Source of the DNA: Stegostoma tigrinum
Taxonomy: Eukaryota
DNA: 64,000 nucleotides
Direction of reading: 5' to 3'
Assembly (NCBI RefSeq): GCF_030684315.1
Contig: NC_081361.1
Location: 51,753,553 to 51,817,552, forward strand
The translations under genes were made by a program, and so were the position numbers. Each line of letters opens with the position of its first letter. Positions within the stretch are counted from its first letter, which is position 1. Under the pieces are notes generated by a model, which made no database searches, had not been told where the DNA came from, and worked only from the letters and a program-made list of their open reading frames with translations. This document shows, in pieces, positions 23,891 to 37,670 of the stretch.

Positions 23891-25395
23891 AATCAGTACT
23901 GGAGCTGGGAAATGGTATAATGAACACAAACCTCAGCTTACAGAAGTTGAAGACAGGCTAGGAACTGTAGAGAATGATGAAATGGTTACAGTAGAAGCAG
24001 CTATTCAGAGCTAGTGCCCTTGTCCACTCTCTGCATGAGCAACTCAGCTAGGCCTATTCACTGAATCTTCCCTTTGGTTCTGCAAATTATTTCTCTTCAG
24101 ATAATTATCCTTGGAAAGCACAAACAGATCAGTCTTCATCAGACTCCCAGCTGATGCAGTCCTGATCCTAATTGTTTCAGTTTTCTTCCAGTCACCAATA
24201 GTTTTTATTCTGCCATTCAGCTTAATTCAGTGACTTCTATTTTACAACAATTGTGCCAATAAAGCAGTTTTGATCTGCTGTCTAGACTCACTATTTTCAA
24301 CACAATCAAATCTCAAAAATAATTGAAAGAAACTTTTTTTAATGCATGAGCTGATATTACTCGTTTTGAGGAAAAGGGGAGATTGACTAAAGAGAGGGAA
24401 TCATTGATGATATTTGTTGAATGGGAACGAGATCAAGATGGAAGTGGGTTTGCAGCCAAATTGAGTTTGGAAAGACCATTTTATTCTTTCACGAGGCATG
24501 GATGTTTTATGTATTACTGTAAGTTATGTGCAGAACAAGATGTAGTGGCTCGGGCAGTATTTATTGCCTATCCTTAATTGCTAATTGCATCCACATTGCT
24601 ATGTCTGGATTCACATGTAAGCCAGACTAGGTCAGGATGATCATGTCCTTTAGGGAAGGAAATCTAAGTAATCAAATGGGATTTTATGACAATTGATAGT
24701 GGTTAGCTTTTTAAACCTTTTCTTAATTTAAGATTCAAATTTCACACAATGGTGTAATTCAATCCCAAGTCCCCAGAACAATAGCCTGGATTTTAAATTA
24801 CTCGTCTAGAGACATTACCAATATTCAATTAACTCCTGGATATTCAAGGCAAGGCTGGCAGAGGAAGTGGAGAGGGGGCCAAATAGGGTAAGTGCCAAGT
24901 AAAAGTGTAAATCAGCTACGACAGTATCTAGTATTGTTATGTTATCCCAAAAGTAGCGCTGAATCGTAAAGCAGTCTTGCTTATATGATAGCACTATATG
25001 AGACACTTAAACACTGAACAAGTGAGCAAGCCCAACATTATTTCAAAAATTAGAGGATTCTTGGCAAAGAAACAGGATCAAAAATTGAAAAATATAAATA
25101 GCTGATTAGAGTCTGAACATCTTTGAACAGGACTCAAAACAAAGCTCAGCCCCAGAAGGGTTTTCCTGATGTATTCACACATTGTAGGGTCCATTAAATG
25201 ACTGTTTAGTAGTTGGTTGCTCTACATGTGGGTCAAAGTAAAGCCTGTTATAAAACAACATGTAATTATGCAAAGCGTGTTTTTCTATGCAAAATGTACC
25301 AATAAACTGTGAAACCAAGTGTTGACATGTTCAGATAAAGTCCTTGTATACTCCTTAGAGGCTTTATTTTGAAAACAGGGAATGATAATTTCTGA

Positions 25396-25694
25396 GATAA
25401 TAAAATGTGAGGCTGGATGAACACAGCAGGCCAAGCAGCATCTCAGGAGCACAAAAGCTGACGTTTCGGGCCTAGACCCTTCATCAGAGGCTTTACGATT
25501 CAGCACTACTTTTGGGATAACATAACAATACTAGATACTGTCGTAGCTGATTTACACTTTTACTTGCTCTGACGAAGGGTCTAGGCCCGAAACGTCAGCT
25601 TTTGTGCTCCTGAGATGCTGCTTGGCCTGCTGTGTTCATCCAGCCTCACATTTTATTATCTTGGAATTCTCCAGCACCTGCAGTTCCCATTATC
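25396..25694. mobile_element. Inverted pair of hammerhead-bearing Penelope termini enclosing a 77-bp captured genomic segment
   Basis: Arms 25395-25489 (-) and 25567-25694 (+); 15-bp TSD AATGATAATTTCTGA at 25381-25395 and 25695-25709; spacer is the reverse complement of 24896-24972. Confidence 0.9.
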
Positions 25695-26854
25695 AATGAT
25701 AATTTCTGAACATGTTTTTAAGTGACTTAAAGGAAATTTGAGAGTCTGGTACGGGGACCCCCTTTACTCAGACTGATTGAAAGCCTGCGCCAAAGTTTTA
25801 GTATTACTCCTTCAGGCCATATTGTAACAATGTTAAGCCCACACAATGTGAAGCTTTGTTACAAAACTCTGCTCATTCATCCATATTAATATAATGCCTG
25901 ATTTCTGTAGTAAAGAAAACAAGTCAACACTTTAAATGATAAGTACATGCCTACCTAGTAGAAAATGAGTAATCACATTTGGGGACTAAAAGAACGATAG
26001 AAGGGATTTTTAGAAGCTTGTTGAGGTGGAGTAGGAAGTGAATGAGGCGATGTGATGAGAATTTTGTGGGAGAATACATAGGATGGGGCTATTGACATTG
26101 AAGAAATCAAAAGATTTTTCTCTTGACTAACTGGCAAATCAGAACATTCGATTGCTATGGAAACCTTTCTTTAAAGTCCACTGAAAATCAGTGGAATGAA
26201 AAGCAGGCAGGTTTTATAAAAGAGTAGACAAACGGAGTCACCAAGGATTTAAAGAAAATCTACCCTACGTCGAATTGCAAACATCACAACCAAGGTTCAA
26301 AGATAAGCACAATTTCACAGATGAGGTTATTATTTTGGCTGTAGATTTGCATAGTTGATTGAGAGGGTCAAGCAACTTAAAAATTAAAAATCCTACTTAC
26401 TCCACACTTTGCTCCTTTCTTATTTCTCTCAAAATTGACTGGTGTTCTCACGTCTCATCTGAACCTTTTTGGTAACTCCTAGATGAAAACTCTTCAAAGC
26501 AGCTTCACTGAAATGGCCATAAACAATATCCAAAAGAGATGCTTGACCATTTATCACTTCTCCAAATGGTAAAGCCAATGCGCTGCTACAACTTCCATTA
26601 ATTTTGTACATTTCACACTGACCAAGGATAGGAACCTTTTAATCCATACATCTCAGATCTTTACCTGACAAAATCAGAGCCAAAAGGTTGGATGAAAATG
26701 AATGCTCCAAAAGATGGAATTATTCACCCTCAAATACAGCACACAAAAAAGGCCCTTCAACTCAATGAGTCTGCACTGTTCAAAAAACAAGCAACTATCT
26801 ATTCTAATCACATTTCTCAGCACTTGGCTCAAGGCCTTGCTGGTCTCGACGTAC

Positions 26855-27088
26855 GGGCAGCATGCTGGCTCAGTGGTTAGCACTCTGCGTCCTCTGATCT
26901 GCTCTCAGTCCAAAGACATGCAGGATTGGTGGATTGCTCATAGTGTCCAGGAATGTGCAGGCTAGTTGGGAATGAAGGGTTATAGGGAGAGGGTAGGGAG
27001 ACAGTCTGGGTGGGATGCTCTTTGGAGTGTCGGTGTGGACTCTGTGGGTCAAATTGCCAGCTTCCACACTGTAGGAATTCTATGATTG
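26855..27088 (+). mobile_element. HE1-like tRNA-derived SINE (internally deleted)
   Basis: Starts GGGCAGCATGCTGGCTCAGTGGTTAGCACT (A box); ends CACACTGTAGGAATTCTATGATT. Confidence 0.75.
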
Positions 27089-27089
27089 A

Positions 27090-28650
27090 CATTGCAAGTG
27101 TACATTTAAATAATTCCTAAATATTATGAGGGTTTCTGCCTCTTTCAACCCTGCAGGCAACGAGTTTCAGCCTCCCAAAACTTCTGGATGAAAAAATGTT
27201 TCCTCACATTCCTTCTAAACCTCTTGCCTCTTCCCTAAAATCTACAGCCCTTGGTCATCCATCCCTCCAACAAGGAAGACAGTTGCATTATATCTACCCT
27301 ATCTACGCCCACAATGATTTTCATATTTCAATCATGTCCTTCAATCTTCTGCACTCCAAAGAAAAGAACGTCAGTCTATCAAATTCCTCAAGACAAACTC
27401 TTCAGCCCCAGCAACATCCTGGTAAATACCCTCTGCACCCTTTCCAATGCAATCACATCCCTTCTGTAAACTGCATTCCAGAACTTCACAATATTTTACA
27501 CCTAACCAATATTTTATACAGTTCCAGTATAACTTCCCCGCTCTGAAAGTTAATGCATTGGCTAATAAAAGGTAAGTATTCCAATGCTTTCTTAGCCACT
27601 ATTTTCCTGTTCCATTATTTTAAGGGACAGGGAAACTCGCACACCAAGGACTCTGATTCGTGGTGTTTCCCAGGGACCTATGGCTCATTCTGCTTTCCCC
27701 TGCTTTGTTGATCCTGCCCAAGTGCATTATCGCATGCTTATATGGATTGAATTTCATTTTCTCCTGATGTTGCTACAGTTTATTTCAATTATAATTTCAT
27801 GGCGATCTCTGCTAACCGATCCAACTGTCAATACTTTCTTCCCATTTGGACACAAAATGAAATCACGCTAATATCAGAAAGCAACAATGCCAAAATGTCC
27901 AAACATATCACCAGCACAACTTACTGGAAAGTAAACTCAAACTAGACATTTGGGTAATACTTTGGTTATTTGAACCAAGGAGTCCCAAGTTAAACTGATA
28001 CTCCACTAAGTCAGTGAACTAATAATACATTAATGACTGCCATGTGCAAAATTATTGCAGAGAAGACAGGTTGAAAAGAACATTTGATTATATGGGATTA
28101 GAGGCTTTATAAGGACATAGAAATTACAATAAACCTGTAGCAAATACTGGTTTGGGCTCAATTTGAGTATTCTCCCGAGTTCTGGGAGCAAACACTAAGA
28201 AGGTTGTGAAAGCAGTGCAGAAAAGATGGGAGAAGATTCAGAAGAATGGTTTCCAGAGTTGAGGAACATCAGTTAGATTGACAGATTGGAGCAACTCAGC
28301 TGTTCCTCGAGATAGAAGATGAAAAGGAGATTTTGTAGAGACACTCAAAGCCATGAGGGGGCCTGGATAAACAGGAATAAATGGTTCAATTTGACAGAAG
28401 GACCAAGTAGAGAAGAGAGATTTTACTGATTGGCAAAGGAAACAATGACAATGAGGATTTGTTTTGTGCAGGTAGTTAGTATCTGAATGCATTAAACAAC
28501 AGTGTGGTGCAGATTCAGTTGAGGTCTTTGAAAGATAATAAAATTATCAGAAGAGAAATATACAGATTATTGGGAAAAGAAAGTCACTTTGTAGAAAGCC
28601 ACCATGGACACAATGGACTTAATGTCTTCCTCTGCTCTGTAATTCTACAA
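27090..28650. mobile_element. Degraded CR1 fragments (about 27090-27760 on -, 27900-28650 on +)
   Basis: Decayed CR1 ORF2 C-terminal and 3'UTR sequence similar to younger copies in the window. Confidence 0.5.
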
Positions 28651-28993
28651 TTCAACCCATCCTCTTTCTATATCTGCTGCCAGAATATTCTGTCCATTTT
28701 CTCCAAATTCAGTCCTACTATACAATTTACCTCAGCTCAAAAAACAGAACTACCCTAATATCCTGCTAATTGCAACAATTCTCAAGGGAACAAACATTAC
28801 TAGGTGCTGCTTATGAAGATGTGTACCTTACTGGAGAGAGCCCTTAGATTCTGCAGGAAGTGGAAGATCTGGGAAAGCTTATGAGGCAGGTCCATTTTCA
28901 CTTATCTAATGCATTCTTACACTGCCATAAACATTTTAAAATTTAATTACTGCTCAATAAAATGGAGAAACAAATGTTATAAAATGCAATGAG

Positions 28994-28999
28994 TTTATT
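28994..28999 (-). terminator. GNG12: Candidate distal GNG12 poly(A) signal
   Basis: AATAAA on - followed by U/GU-rich sequence, close to where repeat-poor sequence gives way to CR1 debris. Confidence 0.45.
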
Positions 29000-31900
29000 A
29001 TTAAAATGCATTGAGTAACTGGAACCACAATACTGAACACATTCACAGCATTGAACAATTTCAGCATTTTCTTTTTCACAAAGTGAAATTAGTGAAATAA
29101 GGACAAAAACATACAAAATTATTTGCTGTCTAACAATTTGTTGTGTTGGCAAGTAGTTTGATATAAAATTAATTGCAAGTAGTAGTACTGATCTTTAGCT
29201 TCGAAAGGCAAATAGAAACTTATCTGTATAGCAGAACTTAACTTTTTTCAAGTGGATTAAATCAAAGGAAGAAAATAGGTCCAAGGTAGAAAGACAATAT
29301 TGACAGATTAAATGAATATACAACAACTCAGGCTTCCTACTCCATCCCATACTGATAAAGACCAGTGCCTAACAAAACGTTTTCTTTTTTACTACTAGCT
29401 TGTGAGATTTCATCTAAAACATGAAATAGTAAATATGTATGTAAATTCTGAGGCACAAAATAAACATTACCTCTGTGCAGCATGGTGTGTCATGGCTATA
29501 TGTTCTTATTAGCAAGCGGTACTCATGTATAAATATAAACAGACTCAAGTTCTAGAGTTACTTATTCTGTGAACAGGTTTAACCTTTTGAACTATTTTGG
29601 ACAATCAAGAGGAGTATCCACATTGGGAAAGACAGTATTCTATTTATTGGAACAGGTGTTCCAAATAAGTATGTCTAAGGTTGGGCATGATAGACATAGT
29701 GCCCTAATATATCTTAACCACTAAATATGCCAGTATGAGTTTTAAAATTTCAGTCATCTTTACAATCTTGGAATATATTAGGCAACAATGCTGAACTTCA
29801 GATTCACATCCATCTTGAATTAAACTGAAATTTCACAATTCTTAAATCTGCAGAGTCATCACACTACCCTGAACCAGACTGAAACCTAGATTCTACAGGT
29901 GAAAACCCAAAATGTCTAATGTACTGCATTCAAGCTAGGATTTATTGTCCATTTTCCAACAATCTTGTTGGTTTTCGACCATGGATGATAAATCTTCAAA
30001 TTTCTTTCAAGGTGCAGCTTTTAAATTCTATGGCACAATCAATATTATTAGCATGGCAATTAAGATTTTCTTCATCATGGGCATAAATAAGGCTTTTGAC
30101 AGTTATAGTTTGTATGCAAACTTTTCAAACTTCATACTTTTCCTTCAACGTGTGGCATTTAAAGCTGGACTTGTACATCAAATTTTTCACCCATGTAAAA
30201 TATAACTCAAACACCTTTTCTCTCTCTACTTGAACAAAATGAGATAACATATCTGTTTAAGGCATGAAAACAGACGTTCAGCCATGTTCTTAGCATAGCT
30301 GATAGCTAGTCCTCGTCATTCAGGTGCCAATTTACAAATCATTAATTAGAGTCAACTTATCTATTAAGAATTCAAGTCTGAAATCATGAGAAAATATAAT
30401 GGTTAAAGATAACAACTTTAATTTTATTTACAATTTTCTAATTTGAGCAATATTGAACCATTAAAATTCAAAAATGACTTGCAGCATAATTTAAATGAAA
30501 AGGAAGAAAGAGTGGACTTGTATAATAAATAAAATTGCTAAGATATTTAAGTCTATACTTTTCAACTTAATAAATGACACCTCCCAAAGAATTTGGCTAG
30601 TATTAAAAAAACAAAAAAGTGATTTTTTAAAAGAAAACTAAGATTAAAATAGTTGCAAGTGTACTCTTTAACTCAAGTGATAAACTTGATTCTCAGTCAT
30701 GAGTTTGAATTTTCTATTAGGTTTGTTTCTCAAATTATGTTGCTTAGAAATCCTAAGAATATGTAAGTTAGTGGAATGAGGTGGAAGGACCATCCTTGTT
30801 AGGAAAGAACTAACAGTGGTAGTGACAGGATATCACAAAGTGCCAGAAATAACATGGAAAATACACCAGCTTCCATTGCAATTTGCATAAATATCAAAGT
30901 GCTTCCTATGCTGCAAAGAAACGAGAAATGGATCTACAGCTTTGCAACCAATTCAGTGGGATGATGATGGAGGATTTCAGTCATTCACTTTCCAAAGTTG
31001 ACAAAACAAGAAGGAAGCCCAAAAAGAGATGGGAAAGCCCCCATTAAATATTTGCTGTTAGAATAAATGATTGCTTCTTAATTCAGTGTTGAGAACAACT
31101 ACTGGAGGGCAGTCTTAGAAATCAGTTATTGTAGCTATCTAAGAAATGGGAACATTTTTCTCAATTTAAAATAGGAGGCTGTAAAATGTTTTATGAAAGC
31201 AGAATGCATTTCTGCACTTTTCATTGATTTAGCTCATAGAAATAAAGACAGGAAACTTGATGTTTTTCTTTTAACATGAAGAAAACAATATCTTCATTAA
31301 GCCCTGAAAGGACGTGAAGTTTTTCAAATCCCTGAGGAGCTAATGATGACAAAGCCACAATGGTTTTGTGGAGATCTGAGTAACTTGCTTCCAAGGAAGT
31401 ATTTAAAAACTTAAGTTGGATAAGGAAAGGTGATGTTAACAGAATAGATCTAGAAGGAATACCGAATATAGTAAAAATAATTGGAAGGCACTTTTCGCTC
31501 GTTATGAATCAGAGGTCCATTTGAGGAGAAAAGCAGTAAAGTTGGTGGGTGATTTGGGAAGAATTATACATGTCAAAAGCACCGACAATTTGAATTTATA
31601 TACTTTGTATATGCTTTCCATAACCGGCCACTTCTACTCAAGTAAAATTCAAATTTAAATCAGTAACTTTACCATTAAAACAATGCAGACTAATTAAACT
31701 CAAGAAAATGACTGAAGAGGTTGGTGACACCATAATGAATATTTTCAGTATGTCACTAAGCTTCAGTTTAGATTTATTGCACAACTACCTTTCATGAGGG
31801 CGTTTCTGATTCAACTTTGGAATGAAAGACAGGTGCTGAAGTTTACCATTAAAGCTGCCATTAGAAATATAGGTAAATAGAGGAAATACCCTACTGAAAA

Positions 31901-34111
31901 TAAGTGATCCTAGTAACTACATTTGAGGGGAGCTAAGCTAATATTTGCACAGTTAAAAATCAGAAAATACAAGGAAATTTTGGCTTCAAAAATGATAAAC
32001 TCTATCACTTGCAAATCACCAGAAATAAATCATGGTCTACGTCAACACTGTTCAGTAAAGGATTCCATCAAACAGATTGCTTACTGTTTCACAAAAAAGG
32101 TGATTTTTATGGATGCAAGAGAGAGTTCTAATGGTCAAAATAAAACGTAGTTTCATTTGTATAATACTGCAGGTCACAGGGTTGTGTGTCCAAAGTGGCA
32201 ATTTTGGTACCAGGGTGGACATGCTGGTAAAATCCACTAGTCTTTCAGATGATGTCGGATTTTCAGACTTGGGATAAAGTGGACTCATAAGTCTGTAAAT
32301 GGCAATTAAAAATTGATTTAATAGCATTAATGCAAGGAGCTAGATCCTGGAATTCAAACAAAAAAAGAAGAGTGCTTGAAAGTACTTTGTTATAATCATT
32401 CCAACTATTCTACATTGTTCTTAGGCAATACAATATCAGTCATCCTTAAAACTGAAGTTTTCCATTTGGCAAGTTTTAACAAGTATTGTACCTTTATTGT
32501 GTTGATCTAAGGCAAAACCACATAATACTGCAGATTAAACATTCTTTGAACATTAGAAAATAAAATCATGCTGCCAATTTCCAAAATTTAGATACAAGGA
32601 TATGACAAGAATATGGACAGAGGTTTGATGCAACCACTGAGAAACAAAGATCCAAATTTATCCAATAGAAATATAAAAGTAAGGGCCAATAGTTTTGAAA
32701 TAGCCTTTCTTCCCACAAAACTAATCCAGTTGAGCAAAGTATAATTCTTACTGACCTCAAACTGCTTCCAATGGGTTTAATAATGAAGTACCTTTTGCAA
32801 CACTCAACTATCACCACCTATGGGTGTATTAGAGGACATTTTTTCTTTCTTTCATGTATCTGTACATCCCTTTTCTTTCACTGACACAAACAGATCTAAC
32901 CTGGATTCACATGCACACACAATCTTCAAACCTTTTGCATTTGCAATTGCATCACTAACACAGAGTCTGCCATCATAGGTTCTGTGCACTGTGCTTGAAA
33001 TGGACGAGTCCATTCCATGACAGGGGTGAATTAATTTGGTTACGTTACAAAGATAAGGTGGGTACAGGATGGGAGCTAGAACTGGTGTGATGGTTTCTAT
33101 TTCCAATAGTGATTGGATATTTAGCAACATTCAGGTGCTTAAACCCAATAATTGAGTCAGGAGCAATAGAGTGTGTGGTTGTGAAGTCTCTTTCGTACGT
33201 GTGAATTGGGCATTGGGTTGTTATACATTCCACGGTTTGTGGCAGGCAACCAGTGTTGTACACTGGAGGGTTTATATTTTTCCAGGTGTAGATCAACCAA
33301 CAGCTCTGGTTTGTGCAGATATAGTTTAAAGTTAACAATCTTCACAGATCTTCTACATCAAGAATTTCATGAGGCATTTTTGTGCATCCAGCTCTCCAAA
33401 CTTCAACAGGATTGAAGTTGCATTGTTAAAACTGAAATGTGTCAATCCATGTGTAATTTCAAAGTTGTAGAGGGACAGTGTTAAAGTTCAAATGAATGGG
33501 GAGACATCAACTTTCCCTAATTTGCTGGACTTTCTCAACAGATAGATATAGGTGAATGAATGGGGAAACAATAAACAACAGCACAGGCAGCAGGATGCTT
33601 GGAGTCAACTCAAGACTTTGTGGTAAACTGCATTGTAGCATTTGGTTCAACGACAAGTCGAATGTGGCAATTTCAGGTCAATTGGGAAAAAGCATTAAAA
33701 GGTTAACAATCAGGACGATGGTCGAAGTTTAGCATTTTTAACACATATATGCAAGTTTAAAAATTTCACACTTTTGCAATAACATAGGAAACTATGTAAA
33801 TATAAAGGCATAATACAAGTGTTATTCAGTACATTCGAACTTCATTTTCTTTCCTGGCACAGAAAACATTTTTAACATCTTTTTGGTCTGAATTCATAAG
33901 TTGTTCCCAACTCTAATCTAATTTGATGGGTTTTTTTTGGAAGGAAGGTGGGAGACAAAGAGAAAACAGGAAGATGAAGAGAAAAATAAGAAACCCAACA
34001 TGAGAAGAAACATGAATTTGGATTGTATGTGAATACCAGAGGGCATTAAAATTGCATCACCTATTCTAACATTGGTCAGTTTAAAAAGAAAAGCACAACG
34101 GTGATCTATAA

Positions 34112-34237
34112 CTATAATATAATGCAAGGCTTCTTATCCTTAAAGGGGTTTTCTGAAGTTGGAATGCCCATGAGCAGAGGGTCACTTTTGGCATGCTCCT
34201 CACAGTAGCGGACAAGATCTGCTGAAGCCTTTGAAAC
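34112..34237 (-). CDS. GNG12: G protein gamma-12, last coding exon
   Basis: cag|[41 protein letters not shown]; CaaX box CIIL; 126 nt. Confidence 0.93.
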   Translation of the reverse strand, partial: VSKASADLVRYCEEHAKSDPLLMGIPTSENPFKDKKPCIIL

Positions 34238-34435
34238 CTGCCAAAGGAGGGGGAAAAAAGAATGAAGAATAAGTTTAAATTTGAGGATGTGCATAAGGAT
34301 ATAGGATGTAACTATTATCAGACAGTACAACAGTCTTACTAAAGTATCTTTCAAAAATGACATCTAATGCACATAACAGTTATTGTACAGAAAATGCAAG
34401 AGTTTACACAATAAGTCAGCCTGTGTCTAGAAGGT

Positions 34436-34656
34436 ATCAGAGATAATGGGAACTGCAGATGCTGGAGATTCCAAGATAATAAAATGCGAGGCTGGATGAA
34501 CACAGCAGGCCAAGCAGCATCTCAGGAGCACAAAAGCTGACGTTTCGGGCCTAGACCCTTCATCAGATGAAGGGTCTAGGCCCGAAACGTCAGCTTTTGT
34601 GCTCCTGAGATGCTGCTTGGCCTGCTGTGTTCATCCAGCCTCGCATTTTATTATCT
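34436..34656. mobile_element. Palindromic hammerhead-bearing Penelope-terminus insertion in the GNG12 intron
   Basis: 91-bp perfect inverted repeat 34474-34564 / 34566-34656; TSD (CT)GTGTCTAGAAGGT at 34421-34435 and 34655-34669. Confidence 0.9.
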
Positions 34657-37600
34657 GTGTCTAGAAGGTTATCGGTTTAGATGATGTTCTTGGTCATGTG
34701 GCCTGATTCTATCAAAAAAGTCAAAGTACCAGACCCTTGACTGTTTACTATTTTAGGAACAGATTGTTTATGTTCGCGTCTTCTTTCAAATTCTTACTCT
34801 TATTCTTAAAACATACCTACTATTTACTAAAGATGTTGAGTAGTCTTGGCATTTCATGGGCATTGCACCTCAAAGCACTAAGTTCTTGCTTAACTGTACT
34901 CCATTTAGTGATGTTTTGCTTTAAATTGTGCGAAGTTACCAGAAGCCAAAATCTATTTCAGCTTCCTGGAATTCATTTTAAATGTTGTTTACTGCATAAC
35001 CTGACTGTGGTATGAACACACTCTCTTCTGCCAGTACCAGTGGCGAGAAAGAAGAGTTCACATTTCAGGTTCAGTAACCATTCCCCAATTGAGTTCAGCA
35101 ATTTCTGTTTTTGTTTCTGATTTCCAGCATCGACAGTTCTTTCAATTTCCATTAAGCTGCAAGTAACACCTTTGAAGGACCAGATAATAAGCATCAAGCA
35201 CCTTCCCTTGGATATTCAATAGTGTATTATGATTGAATCCCCAAACATCACCATTATGAATAACATCACCGACAGCAAATCTAACTGGACAGGGCACAAA
35301 AATATTGGGGCTACAAGAACAGATCAGAGGCTGGGAATTCACAGATCAAATCAGACTAAGAGGAGAATCCCCATTCCAGAACAAGGTTTCCAGGTGACGT
35401 TCCCTCTCTCTGGATGTTTTACAATGTCTGAAGCACAAACTCCAGCTTATTAACTCTCATCTTCAGCTCCTTGAGCTATTGACATATGTGCTTAAGATCA
35501 TATTGGTGTCTATGAGCATTAACATCTGGCAGAGTCATCACCTGTCCTGCCACATTATTTTAAACAAAATTTTATGAAATGCCCCCAGAGACTTGATCGC
35601 GTTTATATTCTTACTATTTCTGTCAATGTTTTATTTACCATGATTGAAATTACCCAGTTTAATTAATAACGAAATACTAGTCAATTTTCTACCTACTTCC
35701 TTGTAGTATCACACTTTGTATTCAGCAAGAAAAAAACCACTGAGTTCATCTGGTTCTTTGCTCTTTAATATCCCTACTCTGGTCTTGGCCTTTCTGGTTG
35801 CTCACAGACTCTAGACTACACATCCATCCCTATCTTTCCTACATTAAGCAAAGAATACATTGGTTATTCCACACCACTACCATGTAAAATTCAGCTTGGT
35901 CATGCCACTAACTGTCCAATCAAAATAATTAATCCATGGGATCAGGGAAAACCTAGCAATTTTGGACCTTCTCTTGTTGCCTCAAGGGAGTAACGGGAGA
36001 ACCTTTTCTTCAATCACAGTGATGCATATGGTGAATATGCTCCCTCAACGCTGTAGAGTGTTCAGGGTTTTAGTCCAGTGACGATTTAGAGACTCGCGAC
36101 ATTTGAGCAAGTCTGAAAGTTGTGATTTAGTGGGGAATTTAGAGATGATGGTGCTCAGTGCACCCACAAATTTTGTCTTGAGTAGTGCAGTTTGTGGGAT
36201 CTGGAGGTTCTGCCAAAGGATCCTTAGGTATCCTGTGGATAGTACAGTTCATGCATAGGTAAGTGGAGGTGGTAGCAATTAAGCAGATTATTTTGTCCTG
36301 GACAATGATGAGCATCTCAAGTGCTGCAGTTTGACCTTGGCAGGTAAATGACAGAAGAGGTGTCAAGTGAGTGGCTCAGTTTTGAAGTCAAATCAAATCT
36401 AAAACATGAAAACACTGGGGCAGCTACCAACGTACATGTGGAATGTGACCCATGTCGGAGAATGAAGTTTGCAATAAACTCACATGAAGCTGGTTAGGAA
36501 AACCAGGAAAATGCTGTGCAGACTCTTTGGTGCTCAGATTCTCAGCTAAATTATATTGAGATGACAGAAACCCCAGCACTTCCCATTTTCAGACAATATT
36601 TACAGCATTAAAGCAGAATCTCATGTTAATTATATAATTGGAGAAGGCGGGGAAAGCGCGCTACGGGTCAGGGTGATGCTGAGTTTTAATTAGCAGATAT
36701 GGAAACTAGCTAAAAGCAATGGAACCCAATATTAAATGATCTTTCAGTGGGATATTATGTACAGTGGGATTTCCTTGCTAAAACTAGCACTAGGCCACAC
36801 ATATATCACATTCACCAGCAAAAAAAATTCCAATCTTGTAATTTTAATTATTGCATACACAACACTAATGTTGTTAAATTTTATATTCAGAATCAGTGCA
36901 ATGAATGTTTCAAAGTTGCCAATTATTGCCACAACAGAATAGAAGCATAGCTTCCCTGACACAGTAATAACTTTAACAGTAGTATAAATGCCCTCAATTA
37001 AGTGGCACTCGAAGCTGATTGGATTATTTTCAATAGTCACTCTAAAGCTGCAACTGAGAAAAAAGGACAAATGCACTTTCCAAACAATGCCTCCTGCATG
37101 GCTATAGATTAAAATGAAACAGACCATAAAACACTCGAACAAACTAGATTTGAGTCTGTTATGTGCAGAGTTAGCTAATCCTGTCCAATGCAACAACTAA
37201 TTTCAATTTTTTTTGGGGTGGCGCAAATTAGCTAGAATAAAACAACTTGCTGTTACTTGTACTCTAATCTACTCACAAGGAATGGTCGTTTGGAGATGGA
37301 TACCAGTGGAACCATATTATGTACCAAGATCTTAAAGAGAGGAGCAAAAAGCATAAAACTTGGCAAAAGTAAAAAGGAGCTTGAAAAAAACTGCCACATC
37401 CATTGGTTCTATCAGCTTAGTACAATTAAAGTACTAAATAAATGAACAATTACCTCTGTCAGTTGGCAAAAACCTTAAATGTGCAAGTTTGCGGTTAAAA
37501 TGTAAACAAGGTTCTCAGTTGTGCTCAAGCACCCAACTGACTCACCACTGCAATGCAACTTCTCAGTATCATCAGGTTAACTTGTTTGAAGCAAGAAAGA

Positions 37601-37670
37601 AAACTGTGCACTTAATTTCATATAACACTATAACAAAACCCCATCCTATTATGAAATTCAAATTCCTTAC

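Noticed and set aside
25395-25661. Repeat-spacer-repeat layout resembling a CRISPR unit with an acquired spacer
   Set aside because: Repeats are inverted, ~95 bp and retroelement-derived, with a TSD, in a eukaryotic genome with no cas genes
26855-26890. tRNA genes at the A/B-box-like starts (2285, 26855, 40200, 55118, 63449)
   Set aside because: No complete cloverleaf; they continue into SINE bodies
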